Source: a virus. Taken from it: a stretch of 64,000 bases of DNA. Where the stretch lies: the IMG/VR virus record IMGVR_UViG_3300032267_001142, positions 122,106-186,105 of that record. The stretch is one strand, 5' to 3'. The notes below the pieces were generated by a model, which saw only the letters and a program-made list of their open reading frames with translations, ran no database searches and was not told where the DNA came from. The position numbers and the translations under genes were made by a program. Of the stretch, positions 63,594 through 64,000 are shown in pieces (position 1 is the stretch's first letter; every line of letters begins with the position of its first letter).

Positions 63594-63886
63594 ATGGTCA
63601 AACCGACTACGCCGCCGAGACTTTTACTTTTGTCGCTATTGAATATCCCGCCTACACAAGAGACAACAGCGCGGTGATTCGCCACAAATGCGTCAACCTC
63701 GGCGAGCGACGGCTAATAAAAATTGGCGAATACTATATTCCTGGAATGGTCAACTACGAAGCTCATCATCTAAGGAGTCTTCTCAAACACTCGGGAACTG
63801 GACTTCGTTGTTATTCCATTACCAAAGCTAAAGATGATAGTGTTGGTAAAGAATGGTCAGTAACTTTTGGAGTCACTAATGATTAA
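63594..63886 (+). pseudogene. M[IV]K-family gene split by a -1 frameshift
   Basis: Promoter points at ATG 63594 (MVKPTTPP); the family body continues in the -1 frame. Confidence 0.55.
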
Positions 63887-64000
63887 GCCTCAAAAACCGC
63901 CCGTCCCGTTTTTCTTTCCCGCTCGCACAGAGGTCAAGGATAAGATAGCTTATCCCAAAGTTTTGCTTGGTGAACTTCGCGTACCTGAGCTTGGTGAATA
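63879..64000 (+). CDS. M[IV]K-family small protein (3' partial)
   Basis: MIKPQKPPVPFFF..LLGELRVPELGE. Confidence 0.6.
   Translation, partial: MIKPQKPPVPFFFPARTEVKDKIAYPKVLLGELRVPELGE

Noticed and set aside
1-64000. Genome-wide TAG recoding (code 15)
   Set aside because: Long conserved genes (rIIA, PARP, oxidoreductase) are intact in code 11, and many genes end plausibly at TAG. Only local readthrough is retained as a hypothesis.
1-64000. CRISPR array, integrase or IS element
   Set aside because: No regularly spaced direct repeats, transposase or recombinase motifs were seen.

Overview
A 64-kb fragment of a large (jumbo-type) bacteriophage genome. Almost all genes lie on the + strand, rIIA/rIIB are present, and no host housekeeping operons appear. 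Positions 4.7-19.6 kb hold a tRNA super-cluster of about 53 CCA-encoding genes covering all 20 amino acids plus an amber (CUA) suppressor. HNH endonucleases and several structured non-coding RNAs, including a ~980-nt ORF-free RNA, interrupt the cluster. The tRNAs share a rewired elbow (A18/G55, covarying 19-56 and 54-58 pairs), and several have swapped variable-arm classes. Downstream are RNA-repair-type enzymes and a compact RNase P RNA. Next come a DNA methyltransferase, rIIA-macro-rIIB, a WGR-PARP and a phiEco32-like amidoligase cluster. The last ~16 kb are small genes behind leaderless sigma70-like promoters, including a large family starting M[IV]K(P). All calls come from manual reading and motif recognition; no database searches were run. 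Coordinates may be off by a few nucleotides.
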